A DNA stretch of 64,000 bases from Camelus dromedarius. Its lineage: Eukaryota. The stretch is taken from positions 10,108,001 to 10,172,000 of the forward strand of contig NC_087438.1 of the NCBI RefSeq assembly GCF_036321535.1, written 5' to 3'. Shown here piece by piece: positions 38,165 through 49,436 of the stretch (within the stretch, counting starts at the first letter, position 1; every line of letters starts with the position of its first letter). Made by a program: the position numbers and the translations under genes. The notes beneath the pieces were generated by a model. That model worked only from the letters and a program-made list of their open reading frames with translations. It was not told where the DNA came from and searched no databases.

Positions 38165-39039
38165 CTGCTGTCATTGAATCATCTCTCAGGCATGCAAGCT
38201 GTTTTACAAAGCCTGTTCCAAGTTTGAATGCCAGCCAGGGCCAATTACAAATGCAGAAGTGCCCAAGGAAGGGCTGGAACAGGTAGGTAAGAATTGTTGA
38301 TATTATTGAGGAGAATAGAAAGAGCTAACTTTTAATTCGTGACAGACTGGGAGAACAAAGCAAATGGTCCCATTCCGACCAGGGTACACAAAGTCTGCTG
38401 AGTGTAGGAAGAGATTTGGTGCCCTGTTGCTTTATTTTTTAATTTACACATTGTATTTGAATTTGACTTGGGTCAGAAATTTTGAGAGAGTGATTCCCAT
38501 GTTTTTTATTTGTGCAGGACTCATACTTGTTCACTTATTTTCTGGCAGTCAGAGAAACCAAATAGGACAGGCTGTGTTTTTTCCATGCTTAGGTGATGAA
38601 AGCAGTGTACAGTTAGTAAGTGACAAAGTTGAGACTAGAAGTCTGTTCTACTGCTGTGAAATCTATTTCCTCTAGGAAAGGTTTGAGTACCTTGAGGGAC
38701 ACTGGAAGTATGTTCGAGGGATTCGGAACAGGTGCGAGGACCTTCCTCCTCCCAGTGGTTTGTTTTCTGCAAATAACCTTACAACACTGATACAGATGAA
38801 AGTGAAACAAGTCTGCTTTGTACTTACAAATATCAGTAATTTAAACTGGGGCAGAAGGATGCCTGTGAGTGCAGTGAAGGGGGAGGAAAATACATCGTTT
38901 TCCTCCCTCTCATCCTCCTCCCCATTGCCCCCCCTTCTCCTCTCCTTGAAAATAAATATTAACCTGTAATTAACTAGCTGCCAGCAGAAGAGAGCGTGCA
39001 GTGCCGCGAGCTTGGGCACTTGGCTCTCACCGGTTGAGT

Positions 39040-39625
39040 AGTGCTCTTAAGCCATGTTTGTTTTCAAACCTGTTTATGCCAGGTGTACTTTTATTATTGG
39101 CATATAATTTAATTAAAGGTTATCTAAGTGTTTAAGACAGGAGTGGGAAAAGAAAACATTTCTGTAAAAGCTAAATTGAACGATTTGGGAAGACTTGATA
39201 AAGGGAGTGCATTTAAAATAAACTGTCATATCAAGTGTGGGAGAGACATTGTAAAAAGGGAAATTTTTGTAAATATCTGTAAGCCTTCTGCCCTTAGATT
39301 TTTTTCCAGAGTGCTTCTATTTCCCAGCTCCTTTTAAAGATGGATACCAGAATTGGCATATTAGGGTTTATGCAAGTAAGATTGTGAAGACGTTCCATCC
39401 AGGGATTCATACTGAAAGAAAAAACCTCAGCCCAGGTCCAGAGATGACAAAAAGGGGCCAGGCCCTTAAAGTGAACTTGGCATTGTGTCATATTGAGCAG
39501 GAAGAGGAAGGAGACAGAATCTTTAGTGGATGTCTTTAAAAAACGGCTTTCTGCTTTAACTGACTTGGTTAAAAATTAACTGACCCAAAGGACTAGTGAT
39601 CACATTGAGAAAGAGGGCTTCCGCA
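39040..39625 (+). mobile_element. Ancient Tigger (Tigger13a-like) fragment with decayed N-terminal transposase HTH
   Basis: ORF 39128-39337 segment ISVKAKLNDLGRLDKGSAFK resembles the Tigger/CENP-B HTH start (VSMKTKLNALERLDKGESLK); also ggtttatgcaag and catactgaaagaaaaaacc. Confidence 0.7.
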
Positions 39626-41029
39626 CAGTCAGGCCCCAGACTCTCACGGTGTGGGTTGTAATCTACAATGTGCTCCTACGAAAGTGGTCAGTTTGCCTTT
39701 TCCGTTCAGTCTTACATGTATAGAAAACCAGAGAATACCTGGGTGGACTGGCCATGACGAAGGCTGACAGCGACTTGTTGGCGTTGGGTGTCCTCTTGCT
39801 AGCTGGTCAGACCAGTAGGCCTTGGTGTTCGTGATCAGATGAAACTCCAGTCCTTTCAGGAAGGCGATGCCGTGGGTCACCTAGGCAGGGCCACCGGCGG
39901 ATGCCTCTTCTCGTGCCTCACTTCACGACGAGGCTGATTGTCCAAACCTCACACGTGTTAGGCCACGCTAAAACTGCTGAGCAGATCAGCAGGCATTTTC
40001 TTACCTTCTATTTTCTGAAAGCCCGTAGGGTGATCTCAGGGTGATTTGAAAATACAGGTTAACCTGACCAACACACAGTTTTTGGAAAGGTTATGAATAA
40101 TCTATTATTTAAGATCTGCATCTACCATAGCTCTTTGGAAAGCTTGGCAGAGGAATGAAAACCTACTATAATACAAGTCAGAAATCAGTCCTATTGTCAC
40201 TTTATTTCACCTAATTATTTTTTAATGGAGGATTAAACTGAATCTTGTATTTCAGTTTGATGATATAGGACCTCCTTGGTTTGTCTGTGACATCAGTCGA
40301 TGTACGTGTATAGACAAGGATATATTCTGTTTGTTTCTGGCCAAGGTGAAGGATACCCGTTAGGTAATGAAACCCGTGCTATGTTAGATCATTTCACCTC
40401 ACTCATTGATTTCAAATCAGCAGTATGGTGGAGTTTTTTTTTTTCTTTTACATAAAAAAATTAATGTTTTTATATATATAGTGATTTACACAACTTAGAT
40501 GAAGAAAGTAAAATAATGAGAAATTTATTTTTGATGAAAATTGATCTTTTATATATTTGGTTTGTGCCATATGTCATTTTTAAAAGAAGCTAGAATGCTT
40601 AGTTCAATAGTAAGAACAGAGGAATGAATTTACGTAAGTAGAACAGCCTAGACTTTCTCACTTCTACATTAAAAAAGGCGATTTGGAGTTTGTCTTCCTA
40701 CTGGCTTTTATTTGGGATCCCAAATCTTGTTTTTAGCTATTTTAAGTTAAATAAATACTGTAACATACTTACCTGAAAAGCATGCATCATTTTATGTGAT
40801 GCAATTAAGAGAGTGCTGAGTTGTAACATTTCTTAGTGTCACGTTTCCTTTAGGAACTTCTGCGACGGGTTTGTGGTTAGTGTCTGCTGCCTGTGCACTG
40901 TGAGTGCGTACTGGTGGTAATGACGACTTTGATTGTGATCTGGAAGGGTATCACACTCTATTAATATGCTAGTGGATGTGCTGGTGTTAAAAATGTGCTA
41001 GTTTACTTTCTTCTTCCCATTGGCTTACT

Positions 41030-41120
41030 TTATTCAGACCTGGGTTCTTTTCATGTGACTCAGAGAACTTTACTCACCTTCTCTGAACCTTGGTGTTTCA
41101 TCCATAAAATGAAGGCTCTA
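41030..41120 (+). mobile_element. MIR fragment
   Basis: cagacctgggttc..tgtgactc..tactcaccttctctgaaccttggtgtttcatccataaaatg. Confidence 0.7.
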
Positions 41121-41379
41121 CAAAATGACCCTGCAAGTCTGCAGCTCTGATCCAGCGATCTCAGAAAGTGCGTGCTCTCATTTGTATGCACGGATCTTTG
41201 TGATTTCACCAGTGACATGGGTAACATTCTGCTCCTCTAAAGTGTGTAGAAATTGAGAATCCAAATCACTAGCCTTGTTCTTTCTAAATAGACAACTGGC
41301 TTTTGAGACTAGAAGCTAGTGTTAAGAACTGGTCACTGATTTATATTGATTTGATGATCGTTTTACTTACTTACACCTT

Positions 41380-41575
41380 AATGATTAAGAGCTTGTGTTC
41401 TGGAGTCAGCTTTGAACCCATCCCCTCACTACGTATCTGTTCGGTCCTGGGCTTCTGACTTACCGCCTGTGTGCATTAGGAGTGGTAATGGTGTCTCCTT
41501 CCTCGTATTGTCCTGAGGGCTCAGTGAGAGAGTTCGTGCAGAGCTTGGCGCAGAGCAGGAGCTTGGCTGGCTGTT
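41380..41575 (+). mobile_element. MIR
   Basis: gattaagagcttgtgttctggagtcag..tttgaaccc..ctcgtattgtcctgagggctcagtgagag. Confidence 0.6.
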
Positions 41576-43789
41576 CAGACTGGGATCAGGACTTTCCTCC
41601 TTCTCTGTCTCATTCAGCAAGCCTGTAGAAACGCCTTTCCTTCTGTACGCTTGTCAGGGTTCTCTGAACCCGCCCCATGATCTGATTTGACTGTGGAAAC
41701 TCTTCAGACACTGTTTCCTTTTCTAGAACTGAGGCATGCGCCTGGTGCCCCTGCATTTGCATTCATGCTGGCCGTAGGGTCACACTTGCCCAGTCATTGT
41801 TGTTAGTCTTGCCTGCCCATTTATTTATGTGATCATTTGAGAAGGGATGTTTCAAACAACAAGGTGATTTTTATCTTCTTTCTTGTATTCACTTCACCTT
41901 TTGTGGATGCTGGGGTTCGTGGCGCAGACCCCAGCTCTTCAGAGAGAACTGAATGGTCGTTGGGATATTATGGTCCCTTTGAAATAACCTCTGATCCTGA
42001 ATTCTCCTCACGTTACCAACACTGAGGTGTCTTGATGACGAAGGGGCTTGTTCCCAGTGGGGGCCGCGGGGTAAACTTCTGTGCAGTGGGTGTCAGCCAT
42101 ACTTAAGGATTTTAAAGACCCTATGTATCATATGACATATGGTTCATTGTCTATAATTCCCTTTGGCCTTGGCTAGTATGGGAGCAGTGGCATGAAATGG
42201 CATGTTTACCTTTTAACGTGATTCTGTGATTTGGGGGAAACTACCTGATCGTGTCCTGAACCAGATCAGCACATTTGTTTTCCCTCTTTTCTTGTCACTG
42301 GCCCATTTATCTTGCTTAGTCAAGTCCCTGTAGTAACCTTGTGGCGTAGATGGCAGCCCAAGGCCCTGAGCTGGGCAGCGGGAGCTGGCGTTGGAATCCA
42401 GCAGCCTGGCCCTAGAGCCGGGCTCTGACCTGCTTGGCCCCCACCTCAGGACCCTCTGACGCCACCAGAAACCCGCTGTGGGATGAAGAGGTCTTGGGGA
42501 TCTCTGACTTTCCGGAGTGGGCACGGTGGCCTGGCTGTGCGGGCTGAGGGACAGATGTGAGCGTGAGATGCTGGGGGTGCGCCTTGGGCTCTCCGGGGCC
42601 GCGCGTTTTAAAATGTGTATCTTACACACTCCATTCCTTCCATTTTCGACTGGATGTTTGTTATTAAGATTAGCTAGAGCCAGGATTTAAAAACAAACCA
42701 GAACCCCAAATGCTGGCTGCCGTACGGTATGTGATCACTGTACGCCAGCCTCTCAGTGCAGTCTGTCAGCTGTACTGACTCCGTCCTGTCATGGTCGCCG
42801 GGGGAGCTCACAGAGGAACTGAGTCTCTGCATCTGAATCTCTTTCTGGGTTCCTTTTTTACCATTGGCCACAGCACTTCTGGTCACCTCTCCCTCTCCCC
42901 CTCTCCGCAGGAGGGGTGAGAGCAGGCGTGTAAGCATCCACCTGTCACACCATCGCCTTCGTCGCCAGCGTCTCTTCCTCCCCTTCCCCTGCCCCAGGTA
43001 CCCAGTCCTCCCAGGTAGGATTAGGATTCCAGCTCTTTCTCCAGCCAGCCCACCTCCTGTGCAGTTTGCTCCGTCACAGACACGCTTAGTAGTTGAAATC
43101 AGATTTCTGTTTTACAGGAAAATTGTCTTCTTTCAAAGATGACAAGGTCACACTTGACCTAGTTTAATGAGAAGACGGTAAAGGTAAACCACAAGTAGCT
43201 GTTTCCAACACGGGTCATGTTGCAGAAGTGTGGGCGCCCGTGGCAGCCCTGGCAGCAGTTGGGGTGTGGGGCCCTTTCCACAGGACACACGGGCACGATG
43301 GTGTTTGGTTTCTCATTGAGATCTGTAAATACCTTGTTTTTAATATTACTAACGCTAATAACGTCAGTCTAAGGTTTGGGAAAATGTTAAATGAAATGAC
43401 ATTTTACAAGTTTGAAATCAGCCATTTAAAAGCGTTCAATATCTTTTAGAAACAAGATTCTTTTTTTAATTGAAGGAATAAAGGTGTTTTTAATCAACTG
43501 ATTTTTAACATAACTATAATTTATGTCTCTTCGGGAGGGGGAAGATTCTTGTGTACCTTCTCCAAACAGGTTGGATTTTAAAATGACTTTTGAAAAATTA
43601 CTGAAGACTCATCCACGGGAATGTGTTTTCACTTCATCACACTTGGTCACCACCTTCAGTAAGAGATTAAGTGGAACATAAGCATAACATTTTAATAAAG
43701 GGCACTTGGCATTTTCCTCCTTAGTAGGTTAGATAAGTAAAGATGTAAATATGTTTTTTTAAAAAAGCAGAAGAATGGACAAAGGAGTA

Positions 43790-43965
43790 CAGGACACTCA
43801 GGGTGCCAGGGCTCCCAGGCTCCTGTTGTGATCTCCAGCAAGCTCGTGCCCTCTCTGTACCTCATACGGTAACTGACCCACCCTGGAAGGTTGTTGGATG
43901 ATTCAGTGAAGTTGTCTGAGTGAAAAGGATGATGCCTGGGACAGAGGAGGTGTCTCATGATTGTT
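43790..43965 (+). mobile_element. MIR fragment
   Basis: tgtgatctccagcaag..ctctctgtacctca..aaggttgttggatgattcagtga..tgcctgggacagaggaggtgtctca. Confidence 0.55.
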
Positions 43966-44183
43966 AAAGTAATTTTCATTGTTTGATTATGAAACCATAA
44001 TGATGCACATGGAAGGCTAGTATTAAGCCTCAAAAGAAACACTGTTCCAATGCTGTGACAAGTCATTTAAGTTGAAAAAATTCTTAACCTTTCCAACAAT
44101 TAGCATCCAAGGATCTGAGCTAACTGACTCTCTGAGAGTCAGCTGCACCACAAAAGTGATGTCCAAATGCAGAAAAGAGAGTA

Positions 44184-44384
44184 CAGTTGACTGTTAAACA
44201 ACAATTTGAACTGCCCGGGTCCACTTATACATGGATTGTTTTCAGTAGTAAATACTGTACTATATGATCTGCTTTGGTTGACTCCCTGGACGTGGAACCA
44301 TGGTTACGGAGGGCCAGCCAAGAGACTTGAGCATCCTTAGAGGGTCCTGGAACCAGTCCCCTGTGGATACAGGGGATAAGACTG
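44184..44384 (-). mobile_element. MER8-like TcMar-Tigger MITE
   Basis: ta-cagttgac..aacaac..tttgaactgcccgggtccacttatac at one end; gacttgagcatcc..gggtcctggaaccagtcccctgtggatac..gactg at the other. Confidence 0.8.
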
Positions 44385-45707
44385 CAGTCTGTAAGGAAAA
44401 ATAAAATCTCAGTCCCCTTTGAAGGGGCAGAAGGGGGAAGAGAGGGCACAAATGCTTGTGGAGAGTGCTCTGGGCAGGGCTCTGCCTCGGATGCTCACTG
44501 CAGTGGGCATTGGTGGCCAAGTCACCTGACCTGCCCATCCCCCCCAGCACGCCTAACCCTTGCAAAATTGAGTTGCAGGCACATCAAGATTGCACAGTGG
44601 CAGAGCCAGGACTTGGTTCCCTGGATCTCATGCTGGCCTCCTGCATCGAACAGAGCTCTGATTGCTGGTGAAATGTGGGAAATGGTCATTGCAAAGGCTG
44701 ATGAACTTTTCAAGCTAAATAAATCCCTAGAAAGAGGACCAGAGTGATTGGGGTGGGATCCTTGTGTGATCAGCAGTCCGTGCGATGTGGAAAGCCTGTC
44801 ATTGCGGTGGGTAGCTGCCTCACCAGGGAGGCTGTTGCTTGGCGCTTCAGTGTTGACAAGGTCTAAAAGGAAGTGCCTCAGTTTGCGGTGCTGCCAGAGG
44901 CGAAGAGACTTGGGCCACGGGGGAGGCAGGTGGCCCAGAGGTGGTAGAAATGTGTCCTGGCCAATGCGGTGACATGACATTGGTGAATGTTTTAAGTGGG
45001 AAAGTACAGCTAGGATTTTAGCAGAGCCAGTGACTGGCGAAAACTGTGTTTAGGGCCAGGTGCTTTGTGTGGGTATGTGGGATGGGGAAAGATGGAGAGG
45101 TTTTTCTTTTTGTTTCCTATAATTCTTGTGGGGGGTTGCTCTGCGTGAAGCTGACCAGGCACCTGCCCGCCCCCCCACTGTGGGGTAGGAATGCTCCTAG
45201 AGCCCTGTGTGGTCTCTTCAGAAGGTGCTTTGTTATTCAGAAAACTCAGCCAGGGGGTCTTTATCCCCGTTTCAGCGCTAAAGAGAGATCTGCTAGGTCC
45301 CTGGCCTGCAGGCCGGCCACCATGGGGACGCAGACCCCTTGTGTGTGGCTGTTCCCGTCAGAGCTGGTGGCTGTTCTGGGCTGTGGTCTTAGCAGACCCT
45401 CCAGGTTCGGAGAGTCTCAATTTCGGCAGGTCTCCTCGCGGGCCTTCCCGTGTGTTGCTGAGCTGCCTCCGTGAGCTCTGAGGTCCTTCACAGAGTGCCC
45501 TCGATGTGGGCCACGCCTCCTCGTCTTGGGGTGATGACCACCTGCATCCGCACCACGTGGAGGGCCTGGAAAATGCAGAGCCTGGCGCCCCGCCAGGTGC
45601 AGCCCGGAGCCTTTGAGATAGGGCTCAGGACCCTGCATTAGGCCAGGATCTCCACGTGAGAACCAGACCAACACTGAAGATCCATTTCTGGAGGAAATAA
45701 AACAGAT

Positions 45708-45924
45708 CAGTGTTTTTCAATCAGTAGGTTGTTACCAGCATTAAAAACAAATAAAAGTTAGAATGAAATGGTGCAGAAAATGTCAGAGTTCACTGCACAT
45801 ACCGAGGGCCATTTTGTAAGGCTGTGAAGTCAGTACGTATGACTTAACGTGTGTTCTTATTTGGTTGTGTTGTAAACTGAATTTCTTACTGTGGGTTGAG
45901 GTCAATAAAGTTTGAAAGCCAGTA
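45708..45924. mobile_element. hAT-Charlie MITE (MER103-like) with intact 8-bp TSD
   Basis: cagtgtttttcaa ... tttcttactgtgggttgaggtcaataaagtttgaaagccagta; aaacagat at both 45700-45707 and 45925-45932. Confidence 0.85.
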
Positions 45925-46069
45925 AAACAGATGATGTCTTTGTGTTCCTTCTCAGCACAAAGTCCTTTTATATTGTTTGTAGTCTAGCCTGTGCCCCAGC
46001 TAGTAAATCATCTACTTTGTGATGAACATCAAAAATATCAGATACTAGAGAGCTTTTAACCTGTCCTTG

Positions 46070-46255
46070 CCGTGGGTCTCACACTTAGGCATACAACTGG
46101 ATTTCGCAGGGAACCGAGTGAAACGCAGCCCCCACTCCAGGCCTTCTGTCTCAGAATCCATGAGGTGGGCATAGGGTCCTGCATTTTACTGCATTTTAAC
46201 AAGTGTCCTGTATGATTCCCAGGCAGGGACTTGTGGGCACCTTTGGGAAACAGGA
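46070..46255. mobile_element. MER5A/B hAT MITE with internal 10-bp duplication (ctgcatttta)x2 at 46179-46198
   Basis: gtgggtctcacactt..tcagaatc..ctgcattttaacaag..gattc..cacctttgggaaac. Confidence 0.8.
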
Positions 46256-47838
46256 CCTGCCTGTGGGAGCACTTCACCTGTTATGGTTTGAACCTGGCAA
46301 CAGTTCTGTGTGGTGACCCTTCCCCTCCGTTTACAAATGAGGAGCCTGCAGCCCGCATTGATTCGATTTGGTCACTTCTTGGTGTCTCACAGATGCGAAG
46401 GGCAGGGCCTGGTCTCCTTTGTAGGTTAGCCCTCCCTTCTGGGTGGGAATCAGGTGGCACGAGATGGGAAAGGAACATTCCTGATTGAGGGAACTGCCCT
46501 CCTGGGAAAAAAATAGGATTGTTTAAAAATAACAGTTGTAGAGAGGCTGGGCATGAAGCATTTTGTCTTGGAAGCAAGTGTTGTTAGTGCTGCCTCTGGG
46601 GCGGCCTTTTAGACCCGTGCCCTCCTGAGCAGAGCCAGAGATCAGGGAGGCAAAGCGCGGATGGTGGCTGGCTCAACAGTCTTGCCCTGGCTGTGCTCCC
46701 TGCAGGAGACTTGCAGCCCAGCTCTGCCTCCAGCTTTGGGATCCAGGCGATGGCTCTCCTCTGCAGAATAAGAGGGTTACATGGCAGCATCTAGCCCTGG
46801 GAGCGCTTCCAGCTTCACATCCTGTGACTTTATCTTTTGAAAAAGTAGTATTTCCCTTCCTTTTCCTTGAACAAGATACTGCATGGCTAACAAAATGTAT
46901 GCAGATGTTTTGATCCCCCCACCCCTCCCTGGGAGAATGCTGTCAACAGATCCATGTACTGGGTGCTTGCAGCTCCATTCAGGCTGTTGGATGCACACGT
47001 CTTGGGCTGCCCGTCCCCAGCGCTGCTCCTTTCCAGCAGGAGAGGGGTGTCAGTTGCATGACAGCGTTTCCTCAGTCTCCCACCCTCAGGCAGAGACTCA
47101 GGAAGTAGGTGGCGGAGCCACTGGGCTGGCTGACCCTGAGACTGCACAACTTCAAGTTAATCTCTTTAAAGAAAGGAAGAATGATTTTCTTTCAAAATTA
47201 GGCAGCTCCTCGGAGCTGACAGCATGTAGGCAGGAAGTTATATCCAGTGGGATTCGTGAGAACAGGAGGAAATGGTCATGTTTCCGGGAAGCTGGGCTGG
47301 TGCTGGGTAGCTGTGCATTCTGTGGCCCTAAAAAGATACTCTATTTTTAATTTGAAGGTTGAAATTCTCTCTCCTTGTCTGTCTTGGACACATGCACTTC
47401 CTCCTTTTTTGAAAATGTGTGACCTCTTATGCTCAAATTCCCATATAATTTTGGTCTTAATCTAAATTGGATTATAGTGATACACAGCCTCTTAAAATAC
47501 TATTTTATGAGCATTCAGTGCTTAATATACCCAACCCTTGACGTGGATCCACAGTGGGTTAAGTTTGCTGCTCCTGCTGCATGATGTCCTGGAGAGCAGT
47601 ACCTGGGTAGAGGCACCCACATTTGGCCTAAGAGCAGTATTTAGAGGTCAGTGTCTCTCAGGCTGACGTTGCTGCCATGTTTCTTTGATATTCTAGTAAA
47701 TCATGTCTTTGTTTTGAGAATTGACATGTTTAATCTTAATATGTTTGTTGTTGGGAAGGAGAAATTTATTGTTATTATTACATTTTGATTCCCAGAAAGT
47801 ATGTGAAGTCAAAACCCTATGTCTTGTTCAGGTTAACC

Positions 47839-47876
47839 ATATATATATAAGTTGTTATATATATATATAAGTTGTT
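47839..47876. repeat. Tandem duplication of (at)5-aagttgtt-like unit, period 20
   Basis: atatatatataagttgtt occurs at 47839-47856 and 47859-47876. Confidence 0.85.
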
Positions 47877-48539
47877 TGTTTTAAGCAGAAATTTTAGTGT
47901 TTGTCTTTTTAAATAATTTTTTTAATTGGAGCAGACTGATCAGTTATGTTACTTTACAGCATTTGGTTTCTCCTGGAGTAACTGGAAATATAGCTGAGTT
48001 AACCTGTGGTCTTTTGGGGAAGACAGAATAAAGCGGAGAGTATGCTAAAAGTTACACTGAGGACAATTTAGTCTATAATGTTAGCATCATCTGAAGCATT
48101 TTGACTTTATACAGTTTTTAAAGGGTAGAGAGTAAAGATGGAAGGATGGCTGGCTGCTTGCTCTCATGGATGAATTATAAGTTGCTAGCCAGCAATACAA
48201 AACAAATAATAATAAATGAGTTTTATAGAAAAAGAGTGGAAAGACTCAATATATTTCAGCTGACAAAAACGATTATTTTTGAGTTGTTTTCTGGAGGCTT
48301 GACACTAAATGGATATCGTCCTAGAAGTAGGAATGATAGGTTTGGAAGAAGAATAAAGAACTGAGAAATAAGAATTACCACCCATTTTTAAGTGAAAGAA
48401 AGACAACATAGACTCCCACAGTGTTAAACCACGTATGTAGATTTAAGTCAGGTAACGTTATGTTAAATACATATAATATGTATTTCAAATAAAATACGTA
48501 AAAATTAAAGGCTGTTCGTCTTTGGGTGTTTAAATTCTT

Positions 48540-48630
48540 TGTGCCTCAGCTTCCTCACTTCTGAAAATGAAAAGGCTTGTCCCGTACCATTGTACACGTA
48601 ACGTAGAACTCCTAGCCCGAGCAGTTCTCA
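48540..48630 (+). mobile_element. MIR fragment
   Basis: tgtgcctcagcttcctcacttctgaaaatg. Confidence 0.65.
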
Positions 48631-48910
48631 TGATTGTTGAAAACCTGAAGGAAATTACATGCTTCTGTGGGACAGGACCTCACAGGTTACCTAAAACCTC
48701 GAGTTTCCTTAAGTTTTACTTGAGTTATAGAGAATCATTGTGGAGTTGTTGGCTGTAACACGCCGGTCAAAAACACTAATTGGCTATTTTATGAATGGAG
48801 GTGAGGTGGGCGGGGCAGATGGGGGAGGACCTGTGGCACAATTCTCTGAGAAAAGAGGAAAATGCAAATGGAATTCAAACCCTTGGAACCGAAGACTTGA
48901 TTTAGATGCT

Positions 48911-49436
48911 TGTATCAGTTTCTGTTGCCTCTTAATGAGTTACTGCAAAGACAGCACTTACAAAAAAACACAGTCACTACTCACACTTCTGTGGGTGGCT
49001 GTCTGGACACAGCGTATCTGGGTGCTCTGCCCAGGGTCCCCTGGGCTGAGGTCTTCTCCGAAGCAGGGGTCCTCTTCCAGGCTCATCCAGGCTGTGGGCA
49101 GGATTCACGTCACTGGTTGTAGGACTGACAACCCCGGCTTCCTCATCTAGAGGCCACTCTCAGGGCCGTGTGGCCCGCTGCACCAGTTTGCTGTGTCTAG
49201 GCCAGTGGACACTCAACCTCTCTGACACTTCACCTTTTCTAAAGGCCCCCCGATTGTTCAGGCCCATCCAGGATAATCTCCCTTTGGATTAACCGAAAGC
49301 AGCTCCTTTGTAACCTAATCACAAGAGTGATCTGCTGTCTTATTCGCTGGTCCTACCTCCACTCCAGGGAAGGGGACTGTCCTAGGGACAGTGAGGGGTG
49401 GGTGTCATGGGGCATCTTCGAGTTCTGCCCACCACA
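48911..49436 (-). mobile_element. MLT1 (MaLR) solo LTR, end to end
   Basis: TG...CA ends tgtatcagttt / ttctgcccaccaca; ttccaggctcatccaggctgtgggcaggattca; aggcccatccaggataatctccc; flanks atgct / gtgct (5-bp TSD, 1 mismatch). Confidence 0.9.

Noticed and set aside
38676..38707. 32-nt exon candidate (tctag| ... |gtatgt)
   Set aside because: Short pyrimidine tract, weak exon-side donor, not frame-preserving
43145..43160. AGGTCA-cact-TGACCT as an estrogen response element
   Set aside because: Spacer is 4 nt, not the 3 nt of an ERE
43118..43183. Exon candidate (tttacag| ... |gtaaag)
   Set aside because: Stops in all three frames and mediocre donors; no further support
44184..44384. Novel Tigger2/MER2 chimera
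   Set aside because: As I recall it, the MER8 consensus already has this mixed-end structure
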